Shown here piece by piece: positions 40,216-48,649 of a stretch of 64,000 nucleotides of DNA. The stretch spans positions 46,250 through 110,249 of the forward strand of contig CAYMVA010000013.1 of the NCBI GenBank assembly GCA_964393745.1, in the 5' to 3' direction. The translations under genes and the position numbers were made by a program. Positions within the stretch are counted from its first letter, which is position 1; every line of letters begins with the position of its first letter. This DNA is from an uncultured Enterobacteriaceae bacterium. GTDB taxonomy: Bacteria; Pseudomonadota; Gammaproteobacteria; Burkholderiales; SG8-39. The notes under the pieces are model-generated. The model was not told where the DNA came from and did not search any database. It worked only from the letters and a program-made list of their open reading frames with translations.

Positions 40216-40671
40216 ATGCGGCTGCTTGCAGTCCGCTTGGCTGTGGTCGCAGCGGCTGGTGCCGTTAGCTGCACCTCGAGCGCATCGGGATTAGACCAGC
40301 CTCGGCAGGGTGAGTCGCGCCCAAGCCGCGTGACCGGCTACGCAAGTCTCGCGGCCTACTTGCGTGCCGCGGGCGCAAGCGTCAAGCCGGGAGGGGAAGT
40401 CGATCAGCCATTCTTCCCCGTCACCGGAAAGATGCTCCAAGTCCACGGCGAGGATGTGCAGGTCTTCGAGTTCGCAGCTGCCGCAGTGGCGGATGCGCAG
40501 GCCGCCCGGATCTCGCCGACTGGCGGCACGGTAGGGACGACGAACGTCCATTGGATCGGCTCGCCGCATTTTTACAAGGCGGGAAAACTCCTCGTGCTGT
40601 ACGTGGGAGACAACGACAAGGTGCTGCAAGCACTCGCCGCCGCGCTCGGCCGGCAGTTCGCCGGCAGGTAG
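40216..40671 (+). CDS. Small lipoprotein of unknown function (island cargo 2)
   Basis: Lipobox AAGAVSC. 151 aa. Conserved-looking C-terminal half (VQVFEF...ISP.GG.VGTT.V.W...PHFYK.G.L.VLYVG.ND). Confidence 0.65.
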   Translation: MRLLAVRLAVVAAAGAVSCTSSASGLDQPRQGESRPSRVTGYASLAAYLRAAGASVKPGGEVDQPFFPVTGKMLQVHGEDVQVFEFAAAAVADAQAARISPTGGTVGTTNVHWIGSPHFYKAGKLLVLYVGDNDKVLQALAAALGRQFAGR

Positions 40672-40685
40672 CTGACCTCGGTCTA

Positions 40686-40776
40686 GGGCTGCGCGGGTAG
40701 ACCCGGGCTGGCAGGGCCAAAGTGTAAAGTCAGACTTTACACTTCGCCGAATTGCACCATGCGCACCACGTCGCGC
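40686..40776 (+). repeat. Copy C of the triplicated region (degenerate metZ end + hairpin + authentic lpxH 3' end)
   Basis: GGGCTGCGCGGGTAG-ACCCGGGCTGGCAGGGCCAAAGTGTAAAG-TCAGA-CTTTACACTTCGCCGAATTGCACC. The lpxH stop codon lies in the hairpin arm. Confidence 0.85.
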
Positions 40777-41480
40777 TCGACCGCGAGGTAGCCGCCGCGA
40801 TCGTACCAGTCCGGCAGCACCCAGCGCTCGCAGGCTTTGCCGTCCACCCTGTGCTGGTGGTGCGCCGGGCGGTGGGTGTGGCCGTGGATGAGGCGCGTCA
40901 CGCCCAGCCTGCGGAACGCCTCGCACACCGCGCCCACGTTGGCGTCCATGATCTCGGGCGCTTTGGCGCGTACCGCGGCCTTGCTCTGCTCGCGGTAGCC
41001 GAGCACCGCGACGCGGCGCTGGTCGCGCGGCTTGGCGAGGAACTCCTGCTGCCAGGCCGCCGAGCGGGCGATGTGGCGCCATGCCTGGTAAGGCAAATCG
41101 TCGGTGCACAGCGTGTCGCCGTGCAGCAGCGCGAAGCGCTCGCCATCCAGCTCGGCGACGGCGGGATCGTCGAGCAGCTGCGCGCCGGCGGCGGCGCAAA
41201 AGCGCTCGCCGATGAGGAAGTCGCGGTTGCCGTGCATCAGGCGCAGCGCAACGCCGGCCTCGGAGAGCTGCCGCAGCCCTTGCGCCACTTGCCGCCCAAG
41301 CGGGTCGCCGGGAACGTCCTCCAGTTCGTCGTCGCCGATCCAGTATTCGAACAGGTCGCCCAGGATGTAGAGCGCCTGCGCGTCGCGCGCCTCGTGGCGC
41401 AGGAAACGGATGAACTGCTCGCTGGCCTGCGGGCGCTCCCCTGAAAGGTGCAGGTCGGAGATGAACAGCGCCCGGCTCAC
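40737..41480 (-). CDS. lpxH: UDP-2,3-diacylglucosamine diphosphatase
   Basis: SDLHL...LYILGDLFE.WIGDD...HGNRDFL...HGDTLCTDD...IHGHTHRP metallophosphoesterase motifs match LpxH. GTG start at 41480. Confidence 0.92.
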   Translation of the reverse strand: MSRALFISDLHLSGERPQASEQFIRFLRHEARDAQALYILGDLFEYWIGDDELEDVPGDPLGRQVAQGLRQLSEAGVALRLMHGNRDFLIGERFCAAAGAQLLDDPAVAELDGERFALLHGDTLCTDDLPYQAWRHIARSAAWQQEFLAKPRDQRRVAVLGYREQSKAAVRAKAPEIMDANVGAVCEAFRRLGVTRLIHGHTHRPAHHQHRVDGKACERWVLPDWYDRGGYLAVERDVVRMVQFGEV

Positions 41481-41482
41481 CC

Positions 41483-41839
41483 AGGGACCCTCTGATCAAT
41501 TCACGCGCATGCGCGTTGCGGCCGGAACGCGGCGCCTGCTAGGCGCGAGGCCGCAGCGATATGTCGATATCGCAAGGCCGAGCAACAACGCAGGCGCCCG
41601 TGTAGCCGCGATGACCGTCGCCCGAGATACCGACTTCCGGCCGCAACCCGGGGGCGGCGAGGGCCTCTGTCTTGCACTCCTGCGGCACGGCCTCGCCGCC
41701 CAGAGGGACGGGGCGAGTTTTCGCGCATGGCATCGCCATCGGCCGCCTTGTGGACGTCAAGTACACGGCGGCGTCCGCTGGCTCGCCCTGCACGAAAATC
41801 GCCGCCGTCGCGCACGCGGGAATTGATCAGAGGGTCCCT
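41483..41839 (-). mobile_element. MITE-like structured intergenic element, copy 2 (357 bp, perfect 20-bp TIR AGGGACCCTCTGATCAATTC)
   Basis: Inverted homolog of 33419-33846. It fills the ppiA-stop to lpxH-start spacer, leaving 2 nt on each side. Confidence 0.8.
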
Positions 41840-41841
41840 AG

Positions 41842-42423
41842 TTACTTGGCGTCGACCACGCTCATGGATTCGATCACTACCGCCTCGCGCGGCACGTCGC
41901 TGCGGAACGGGCCGCCCGCGCCGGTCGGCATTTTGGCGATCTTCGTCACCACGTCCATCCCCGATACCACTTTGCCGAACACCGCGTAGCCCCAGCCGTC
42001 CTGCGCCGCGGCGGCGTTCAGGAAATCGTTGTTCTTGCCGTTGATGAAGAACTGCGCGCTCGCCGAGTGCGGCGCGCTGGTGCGCGCCATGGCGACGGTG
42101 CCGAGGTCGTTCTTGAGGCCGTTCTTGGCCTCGTTCTCGACCGGCGGGCGCGTCGGCTTCTGGTTGAACTTCGGGTCGAAGCCGCCGCCCTGGATCATGA
42201 AGCCGTCGATGACGCGATGGAACACGGTGCCGCTGTAATGGCCGTCCTTCACGTACTGCAGAAAGTTGTCGACGGTTTTCGGCGCTTTGGCCGGATAGAG
42301 CTCCAGCCGGATGGTGCCGGCATTGGTTTTCACGTCCACCTGCGGATCGGCGGCCGCCGCGCCGGGCGCGGCCGCGGCCGCGGAAAGCACTACCAGGGAC
42401 TTGCAGAAATCAGCGAGCTTCAT
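41842..42423 (-). CDS. ppiA: Periplasmic cyclophilin-type peptidyl-prolyl cis-trans isomerase
   Basis: Signal peptide plus FHRVIDGFMIQGGGF...WGYAVFGKV cyclophilin motifs. Confidence 0.92.
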   Translation of the reverse strand: MKLADFCKSLVVLSAAAAAPGAAAADPQVDVKTNAGTIRLELYPAKAPKTVDNFLQYVKDGHYSGTVFHRVIDGFMIQGGGFDPKFNQKPTRPPVENEAKNGLKNDLGTVAMARTSAPHSASAQFFINGKNNDFLNAAAAQDGWGYAVFGKVVSGMDVVTKIAKMPTGAGGPFRSDVPREAVVIESMSVVDAK

Positions 42424-43592
42424 GCGCCACCCTCATAGAGAATTTTCCATTGCGCGCCTTCCTTGATCCAGTACTGGCGCTTGTGCATCGCGTTCGACAG
42501 GTTGCTCGAGCTGTAGTTTTGCTCGAAGCTCACCACCACAAAGCGTTCGCGCGGATACTGGAACATGGCGACGCGCGACACGCCCACCTTGATCCAGCTC
42601 TTGGCGGCGTTCACCTTGCGCTTGTGCTCCGACCAGGCGGCGAGGTCCTGGTCGCCCGAGTGGAAGCGCGGCGAATAGTGGCCCAGGTACCTGCCGGTGT
42701 CGCGGCTTTCCCAGTCCGCGCGCCAGCTCTCGAGCGCGGCGCCGAGTGACTTGCGCTCCGCCTCGAGCGCCGCGGCGCTCACCCACTCGATCTCGTCGGC
42801 GATGATCACCGGCGTCAGCCCGACCTGCAGGTTGCGGCCGAGCGATTCGATGTCGGCGTTTGCCAGTACGATGCAGCCGTCGCTGGCGCGCGGCGGCCGG
42901 CTGTAGGTATCCGAGGGCGTGCCGTGCAGCCAGATGCCGTAGCCGTTGCGGCCCTGGCGCCGGTCCCAAGCGTTGGGATAGTTGATCGGGTACGCCCCGG
43001 CGCCGTAGAAATCGGTCAGCTTCTGCCGCGGCAGGTTGGCCGTGACGTGATACACGCCGATCGGCGTCTTCTGGTCGCCTTCGCGCGTTTTCTCCATGCC
43101 GTTCTTGCCCAGCGTGACGTAGTAGTCCGACACGAGCTGCGGCCGGCCGCCTTCGTTCTGGTACAGGAACAGGCGCGAGCGTTTCGAGTCCACCACGATG
43201 GCGTGCTTCTGCTCCGCATGCAGCTGCAGCACGTAACGCGGCAGGCGGTCGCTGGTGGGCCGTTCGCGCAGCGCCTGCAGCCGAGACAGCGCCTCGGCGC
43301 GCAAATCCTCGACCTTCTCGCGCGGCACGGTCTTGGGGACGTTGCCGAAAGTCTCGAGCGGGCGCGCGCGCGCGAACAGCAGGTCGCCGCGGATCAGGTG
43401 CGCAAGACGGAAATTCGGGTGTGCGGCGAGCAATGCCTCGGTGCGCTCGAGCGCCAGGTCGAAGCGGTGCGCTTCGATCGCCTGCACGATTCCAGAGAGC
43501 GCCTTTTCCGGCCCGGCGCCAAGGGCTGCGCCCGCCGCGGCCAGGAGCAGGGCGGCGAGCAGGCTGCGCAGCGGGGCGCGTGCGGCGATCAA
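42420..43592 (-). CDS. L,D-transpeptidase (YkuD) family protein with a C-terminal ~110-aa accessory module
   Basis: YGIWLHGTP...SDGCIVLAN (His/Cys catalytic motif). Proposed TTG start overlaps the upstream stop (TTGA), preceded by AAGGTGG. Confidence 0.8.
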   Translation of the reverse strand: MIAARAPLRSLLAALLLAAAGAALGAGPEKALSGIVQAIEAHRFDLALERTEALLAAHPNFRLAHLIRGDLLFARARPLETFGNVPKTVPREKVEDLRAEALSRLQALRERPTSDRLPRYVLQLHAEQKHAIVVDSKRSRLFLYQNEGGRPQLVSDYYVTLGKNGMEKTREGDQKTPIGVYHVTANLPRQKLTDFYGAGAYPINYPNAWDRRQGRNGYGIWLHGTPSDTYSRPPRASDGCIVLANADIESLGRNLQVGLTPVIIADEIEWVSAAALEAERKSLGAALESWRADWESRDTGRYLGHYSPRFHSGDQDLAAWSEHKRKVNAAKSWIKVGVSRVAMFQYPRERFVVVSFEQNYSSSNLSNAMHKRQYWIKEGAQWKILYEGGA

Positions 43593-44629
43593 CGTCCCAC
43601 CTTTTCCTGCCGGATCAGCCAGCGGCCGTCGGCTTTCGCAAGCAGCAGCGTCTTGGTGCTGGAGGCTTTGACTACGTCGGAGCGATAGTTCTGTCTGAAG
43701 GTGACGCTTGCTTGGCCATCGGACGCAAGCGTGACCCTGGGCGAGTCCACCGCCACCGCGATCGACTTCGGCGCGGCGATGCGCTGGCGCCGGCTTTTCT
43801 CCCACTCGGCGCGCGCCTCGCCGCCGGGAGTCACGAAATCCCTTGCATAGAACGCGAGGTAGCCGTCCACGTCCTTGGCCGACCAGGCCTTCGCCCAGGC
43901 GTTGACAGTCTTGAGCACGTCTGCGCTGGCCGGCGGGGCCGCCTGTGCGGGCTTCGCGACCGCAACCGCCGTGGTTTGCGCTGCTGGCTGTGGTTGCGCC
44001 GGTGGCGGCGGTTGTGCCGAGGGCGGTGCCGCAGCCACAACCGTTTGCGTCACCGGCCCCGTTTGCGTCATCGGCCGTTTGTCCGCGGCAGCGGCGCGCA
44101 CCGGGCGCGGCGCAGCCCCGCTCATTTCCCTGACCAGCACGAGCTTGTTCTGCGCGCCGGCATTGGTGGAATCGGTTTGCAGCGCCTTGTCGTAAGCCTG
44201 GCTGGCGAGCTTTGCGTAGACGCCGCCGAGGTTCTCGTAGGCGATCGCATAACTAGGGTGCGTGCGCAGCGAGCGCTCGAGCGCAGCGCGCGCCTTGTCG
44301 TATTGCCCTTGCGAGGCGTAGATCACGGCGAGATTGTTATAGGGCTCGGGCAGGTCGGGGAAATCCTGCGTCAGCTTGAGGAAAATCTCGCTCGCCTCCT
44401 TGACATTGCCCTGCTCGGCGAGGATCAGGCCCTTGAGGAAGCGCGGCTGCGCGTCGCGCGGGTTGGCCGCGAGCGCCTTGTTCACCTGATCCAGCGCCTG
44501 GGGATGCTGCCCCGCCTTCAGCAGCTTGCTTGCCTCCTGCAGCTCGTCCGCCCATCCCGCACCAGGGCCCAGCGCGAGCGCGGCCACGAACGCCCGGAGC
44601 GCCGCTGGTAGGGCTGGAAACATAGGCAT
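43589..44629 (-). CDS. TPR-repeat protein with the same C-terminal ~110-aa module
   Basis: Signal peptide, then TPR repeats (A..YNNLAVIYASQGQYDKA). C-terminus VNAWAKAWSAKDVDGYLAFYARDF... Confidence 0.8.
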   Translation of the reverse strand: MPMFPALPAALRAFVAALALGPGAGWADELQEASKLLKAGQHPQALDQVNKALAANPRDAQPRFLKGLILAEQGNVKEASEIFLKLTQDFPDLPEPYNNLAVIYASQGQYDKARAALERSLRTHPSYAIAYENLGGVYAKLASQAYDKALQTDSTNAGAQNKLVLVREMSGAAPRPVRAAAADKRPMTQTGPVTQTVVAAAPPSAQPPPPAQPQPAAQTTAVAVAKPAQAAPPASADVLKTVNAWAKAWSAKDVDGYLAFYARDFVTPGGEARAEWEKSRRQRIAAPKSIAVAVDSPRVTLASDGQASVTFRQNYRSDVVKASSTKTLLLAKADGRWLIRQEKVGR

Positions 44630-44666
44630 TGTCTTATACTTTTCAAGGCCCTACGATAACTTGTTC

Positions 44667-44695
44667 ATTCTAGACCAAGCACTCCGCGTTCACAA
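44667..44695 (-). promoter_or_regulatory. Candidate sigma70 promoter for the TPR/L,D-transpeptidase/ppiA/lpxH operon
   Basis: TTGTGA-17 nt-TAGAAT on the minus strand, in an AT-rich spacer. Confidence 0.4.
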
Positions 44696-44730
44696 CTTGG
44701 AGTGCATCTGCGCAGAATGTGTCGTAGGGA

Positions 44731-47103
44731 TTATGCGAGGCTTGCGAGGATCTGCTTCGCCTGCGCCTGCTGCGCAGCATCGCCTTCCTGGAGGACCTCG
44801 TTCAGGAGTTCCCGGGCGCCGTCGTTGTCGCCCATCTCCTGGTAGGCAATGGCAACGTCGAGTTTGACCGCGACGTCCTGCCATTTCTTGTCGCGACCGC
44901 CCGCACTCTTGGCAGCGGACTTGACCTCGTCCAGATCCAAGCTGATCGTGGAAAGATCCATTTCGCTCGCCGAGGGTGCCGCGGCTTTCGTCACCACGGG
45001 CGTCTCGCCCGTCGTTCCGCCGAGGTCGAAGTCCAGTATCGAATCGGCCGACGCCGGCGCCGCTGCAGGCGCCGGGGACTGCCTTGGGGCGGGTTCCATC
45101 ATCGTGTCGAGATCGAAGTCGACTTTGGGCAACTCGGCCGAGTCGGCTGCAGCCGCCACTTCGGCGCCTTCACCCTGACCGTACAGCGCATTGCGCGGGT
45201 CGATCGACCGGCCAAGCGCCAGCGCCTTGTCCCACTCCGGCCCTTCGCTGTTCACCAGACCCTTCAGCTTGCGTGCCTCGGCTTCGAACTTCTGCGTCTC
45301 TTGCCGCTTGGCGTAAATCTGAAGCAGTTTGAGGTAAACGACTGGCCGGGCCTCGCCCTCCTGGAGCGCCTTGCGCAGGATTTCCTCGGCCTGTCCGTCG
45401 CGTCCGTAGGCCATGTAAACATCCGCCTCCGCAAGCGGGTCGATCTCTTCGGCGGCCGCCGCAGCGGCGGCGCTTCTCATGTCGACCGCTGCGGCAACGC
45501 CCGGGTCCGACACGGTCGCCACTGGCATGGCCGGCGGCCTGGCGCCGAGCTGCGCGAGCGCCGCGCGCTTCTTCTGCCGCCACGCATAAGCCCCGTATCC
45601 GGCGAGCAACAGCAGCACCACTCCGAGCCCACCTAGCATGACCGGGTCTTCGAGGTACTCCTCGAGCAGGCTCCGCTCCGGCGCGGGCGGCGGCGGTGCC
45701 GGTCGCGGCTTTGCCGCCGGCTTCGGTCCAGGCGCGGGCTTGGGAGCCTCAACTGCGGGCCTGGGGGTCTCAATTGCGGGCTTGGGCGCTTCGACCGCGG
45801 GTTTCGCGACCGGCGCCACCGCCGGCGCGGGCGGCGTTTCTGCAGCGCGCCTTTCCAGCGCGGCAATCTGCAGATTCCTGATCTCGACCAGCTTCGCGAG
45901 ATCCGCGGCGCTCTTCTCGAGTTCATTGATACGAGATTGCACGTCCTTCATGGCGCGCGCGTGCGCCTCGCGATCGTCAGCGCTCGCCGCAGCCGCAACC
46001 TCCGGCTTTCTGGCTTCGGCGCCCGCGAGCTTCACGCGCGCCTTTGGAGCGGCAGGCGCTGCTGGGTCGCCCTGCGACCTGATCCTCCCCTCCGCGATAC
46101 GCCTGCCCTCGCTGCGGGGTGGGGGCGGCGCAGTGGGCTGGGCAACGGGTGGGGCGACGGGCGGAGCAGCCGAAGGCGGCGGTGCCGCAGCCGCCGGCGC
46201 CGTCGGGGCCATCACTGCGACGGCGGGTGCACGCGGGACATCGGTCGGTGGGTCGAGCAGGACGGTGTATTCGCGCACCAGGCGCCCGGATTTCGACTCC
46301 AGCTCGATCAGTATCTTGAGGAACGGCTCGTTCACCGGACGGTCCGTCGTCACTGCGATGAACGGTTTGCCGTCGCGCCGCTGAATCGACATGTTGACGC
46401 CGTTCAGCGCGGCAATGAATTCGATTCCAGCCTGCCGGTAGGCGTCGGGCGAGGCGAGGCGCACCGCCAGAATCCCCTGCTCGCCGGGCTTAAGCGCCCC
46501 GACCTCGACTTCAGCTCGCAAGGGCTGGCCGAGCGAGGACCGCACGTGAAGAGTTCCCAGGGCCGTGGAAACGCCGGATTCTGCGGCAGGCGCGGTTGGA
46601 ACCGCCGCGCCGGCATCTGGCGCAACTGAATCGACCCGTTCTTCGACGATCAGCCAGCGTTCCCCATCCCGGATGAATTCAAGCGTCTTGTTGGTCTCGT
46701 CCTGATACCTGTCCGAGCGGTAGCGCTGGCGAAAGGATGCCGCAGCCCTGGCGTCGTCGCGCCGCAGAACCTTGAGGTCGCTGGTGGATACCTCGATGAA
46801 GCGCGGCGCCGTGATACGCGCGAGGCGCTGCTTCTCCCATGCGGCGCGCGCCTGGCCGCCAGGCGGCTTGAACGCCGGCGCGTAGAAGGCGAGGTAGCGC
46901 TCCGCATCCTTTGCCGACCACGCCTGCGCCCACGCAGCGACGCTCTCCAGAATCGCAGCGTCCGGGGCCGTGTGTGTCGCGGCCGCTGCCGTCGATGGCG
47001 CCCCCAGCCACAGCGCGCACAGCGCCGCGGCAACGCCTGGCTTCAATGCGCGCGGCAGCGCGGCGAAAAAGTGCTGTGCTAGACTTTTTATGCTTTTGGG
47101 CAC
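44731..47103 (-). CDS. Second FimV-like protein (paralog; N-terminal accessory module instead of LysM)
   Basis: FimV N-domain (LGTLHVRSSLGQPLRAEVEV...LLDPPT), coiled coil, TM, and FimV C-motif (KLDVAIAYQEMGDNDGARELLNEVL). The N-terminus has AWAQAWSAKDAERYLAFYAPAF... Confidence 0.8.
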   Translation of the reverse strand: MPKSIKSLAQHFFAALPRALKPGVAAALCALWLGAPSTAAAATHTAPDAAILESVAAWAQAWSAKDAERYLAFYAPAFKPPGGQARAAWEKQRLARITAPRFIEVSTSDLKVLRRDDARAAASFRQRYRSDRYQDETNKTLEFIRDGERWLIVEERVDSVAPDAGAAVPTAPAAESGVSTALGTLHVRSSLGQPLRAEVEVGALKPGEQGILAVRLASPDAYRQAGIEFIAALNGVNMSIQRRDGKPFIAVTTDRPVNEPFLKILIELESKSGRLVREYTVLLDPPTDVPRAPAVAVMAPTAPAAAAPPPSAAPPVAPPVAQPTAPPPPRSEGRRIAEGRIRSQGDPAAPAAPKARVKLAGAEARKPEVAAAASADDREAHARAMKDVQSRINELEKSAADLAKLVEIRNLQIAALERRAAETPPAPAVAPVAKPAVEAPKPAIETPRPAVEAPKPAPGPKPAAKPRPAPPPPAPERSLLEEYLEDPVMLGGLGVVLLLLAGYGAYAWRQKKRAALAQLGARPPAMPVATVSDPGVAAAVDMRSAAAAAAAEEIDPLAEADVYMAYGRDGQAEEILRKALQEGEARPVVYLKLLQIYAKRQETQKFEAEARKLKGLVNSEGPEWDKALALGRSIDPRNALYGQGEGAEVAAAADSAELPKVDFDLDTMMEPAPRQSPAPAAAPASADSILDFDLGGTTGETPVVTKAAAPSASEMDLSTISLDLDEVKSAAKSAGGRDKKWQDVAVKLDVAIAYQEMGDNDGARELLNEVLQEGDAAQQAQAKQILASLA

Positions 47104-47252
47104 AGACGCCGCATTCTAGGATGATGCATCGTGCCACTCAACTTCGGCGCAACTTGGTGCAATGCGGAAGCAACGGCCGAAGGCCCTGAAAAACGCCCGC
47201 CCAGCCGGGGTCCGGTGCCCCTGGCCGGAGCTCGAAAGCGCGCGCCGCGGCC

Positions 47253-48623
47253 ATGCTGAAAATTCATAACTCGTTGTCCCGGCAGCAGGTTGCGTTGGTC
47301 CCACTGCGCCCCGGCGAAGTGCGCATGTACGTCTGCGGCATGACCGTGTACGACTACTGCCATCTTGGGCACGCCCGCGTGCTGGTGGTGTTCGACATGG
47401 TGCGCCGCTGGCTGCGCGCGAGCGGCTACCGCGTCACCTACGTGCGCAACATCACCGACATCGACGACAAGATCATCCGCCGCGCGCTGGAGAACCGCGA
47501 AACCATCGGCGATCTCACCGCGCGCTTCATCCGCTACATGGACGAGGATGCGGCCGCGCTGGGCGTGGAGAAGCCCGACCACGAGCCGCGCGCCACGCAG
47601 TACGTGCCGCAGATGGTCGAGCTGATCGGGCGGCTGGAGGCGCGCGGCCTTGCCTACCGGGCCGCCGACGGCGACGTCAACTTCGCGGTGCGAAAGTTCG
47701 CCGGCTACGGCAAGCTCTCGGGCAAGTCGCTCGACGAGCTGCGCGCCGGCGAGCGCGTGGCGGTGGACGCCGCCAAGCAGGACCCGCTCGATTTCGTGCT
47801 CTGGAAGCGCTCCAAGCCCGAGGAGCCGCACTGGCCGTCGCCCTGGGGCGAGGGGCGCCCCGGCTGGCACATCGAGTGCTCGGCGATGAGCTGCGCGCTG
47901 CTCGGCGAGCATTTCGACATTCATGGCGGCGGCCAGGACCTGCAGTTCCCGCACCACGAGAACGAGATCGCCCAGTCCGAGGGAGCGATGGGGCCGGGCA
48001 GCCGCTTCGTCAACTACTGGATGCACAACGGCTTCGTGCGCGTGGACCAGGAGAAGATGTCGAAGTCGCTCGGCAATTTCTTCACCATCCGCGAGATCCT
48101 GAAGCATTTCGACCCCGAAGTGGCGCGCTTTTTCATCCTGCGCGCGCACTACCGCAGCCCGCTGAACTACTCCGACCAGAACCTCGAGGACGCGCGCCAG
48201 GCGCTGGCGCGGCTCTACACCGCGCTCAAGGGCGCGCCTGCCGGCGCCGTGCCGGTGGACTGGGCCGAGCCGCACGCGCAGCGCTTTAAGCTGGCGATGG
48301 ACGACGATTTCGGCACCCCGCAGGCGGTGGCGGCGCTGTTCGAGCTGGCGCACCAGATCGGCCGCGGCAACGCAGGGCTCGCGCCGCAGCTGCGCGCGCT
48401 CGGCGGCGTGCTCGGCCTGCTGCAGCGCGACGCGCAAGCGTTCCTGCGGGCAGGTCCGGGCGGCGACCTGGATGACGCCGGGATCGAGCGCCGCATCGGC
48501 GAGCGCACCAAGGCGCGCAAGGCACGTGATTTTGGCGCCGCCGACCGGATTCGGGTGGAACTCGAAGCCGCGGGCATCGTGCTCGAAGACGGCCCTGGCG
48601 GCACCACCTGGCGGCGGGCCTAA
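47253..48623 (+). CDS. cysS: Cysteinyl-tRNA synthetase
   Basis: [18 protein letters not shown] (HIGH) and KMSKSLGN. Confidence 0.96.
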   Translation: MLKIHNSLSRQQVALVPLRPGEVRMYVCGMTVYDYCHLGHARVLVVFDMVRRWLRASGYRVTYVRNITDIDDKIIRRALENRETIGDLTARFIRYMDEDAAALGVEKPDHEPRATQYVPQMVELIGRLEARGLAYRAADGDVNFAVRKFAGYGKLSGKSLDELRAGERVAVDAAKQDPLDFVLWKRSKPEEPHWPSPWGEGRPGWHIECSAMSCALLGEHFDIHGGGQDLQFPHHENEIAQSEGAMGPGSRFVNYWMHNGFVRVDQEKMSKSLGNFFTIREILKHFDPEVARFFILRAHYRSPLNYSDQNLEDARQALARLYTALKGAPAGAVPVDWAEPHAQRFKLAMDDDFGTPQAVAALFELAHQIGRGNAGLAPQLRALGGVLGLLQRDAQAFLRAGPGGDLDDAGIERRIGERTKARKARDFGAADRIRVELEAAGIVLEDGPGGTTWRRA

Positions 48624-48625
48624 TC

Positions 48626-48646
48626 GAGCCGGCCGAAGGCCGGCTC
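48626..48646. terminator. Bidirectional terminator hairpin between the convergent cysS and SBP genes
   Basis: GAGCCGGCC-GAA-GGCCGGCTC, a perfect 9-bp stem. Confidence 0.6.
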
Positions 48647-48649
48647 CAA

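Noticed and set aside
37174-40776. Integron-like reading of the three hairpin repeats as attC sites bounding gene cassettes.
   Set aside because: There are no RYYYAAC/GTTRRRY core sites, no intI or attI, and the cargo genes are in mixed orientation. The repeats are clearly copies of the local metZ/lpxH gene ends rather than attC.
33419-41839. The two inverted element copies could be the ends of a composite transposon carrying cvpA-purF-metZ-island-lpxH.
   Set aside because: dedD-cvpA-purF and ppi-lpxH-(cysS) adjacencies are ancestral, widely conserved synteny, and each element interrupts an operon junction independently. The inverted pair could still mediate an inversion, but nothing in the sequence shows that it has.
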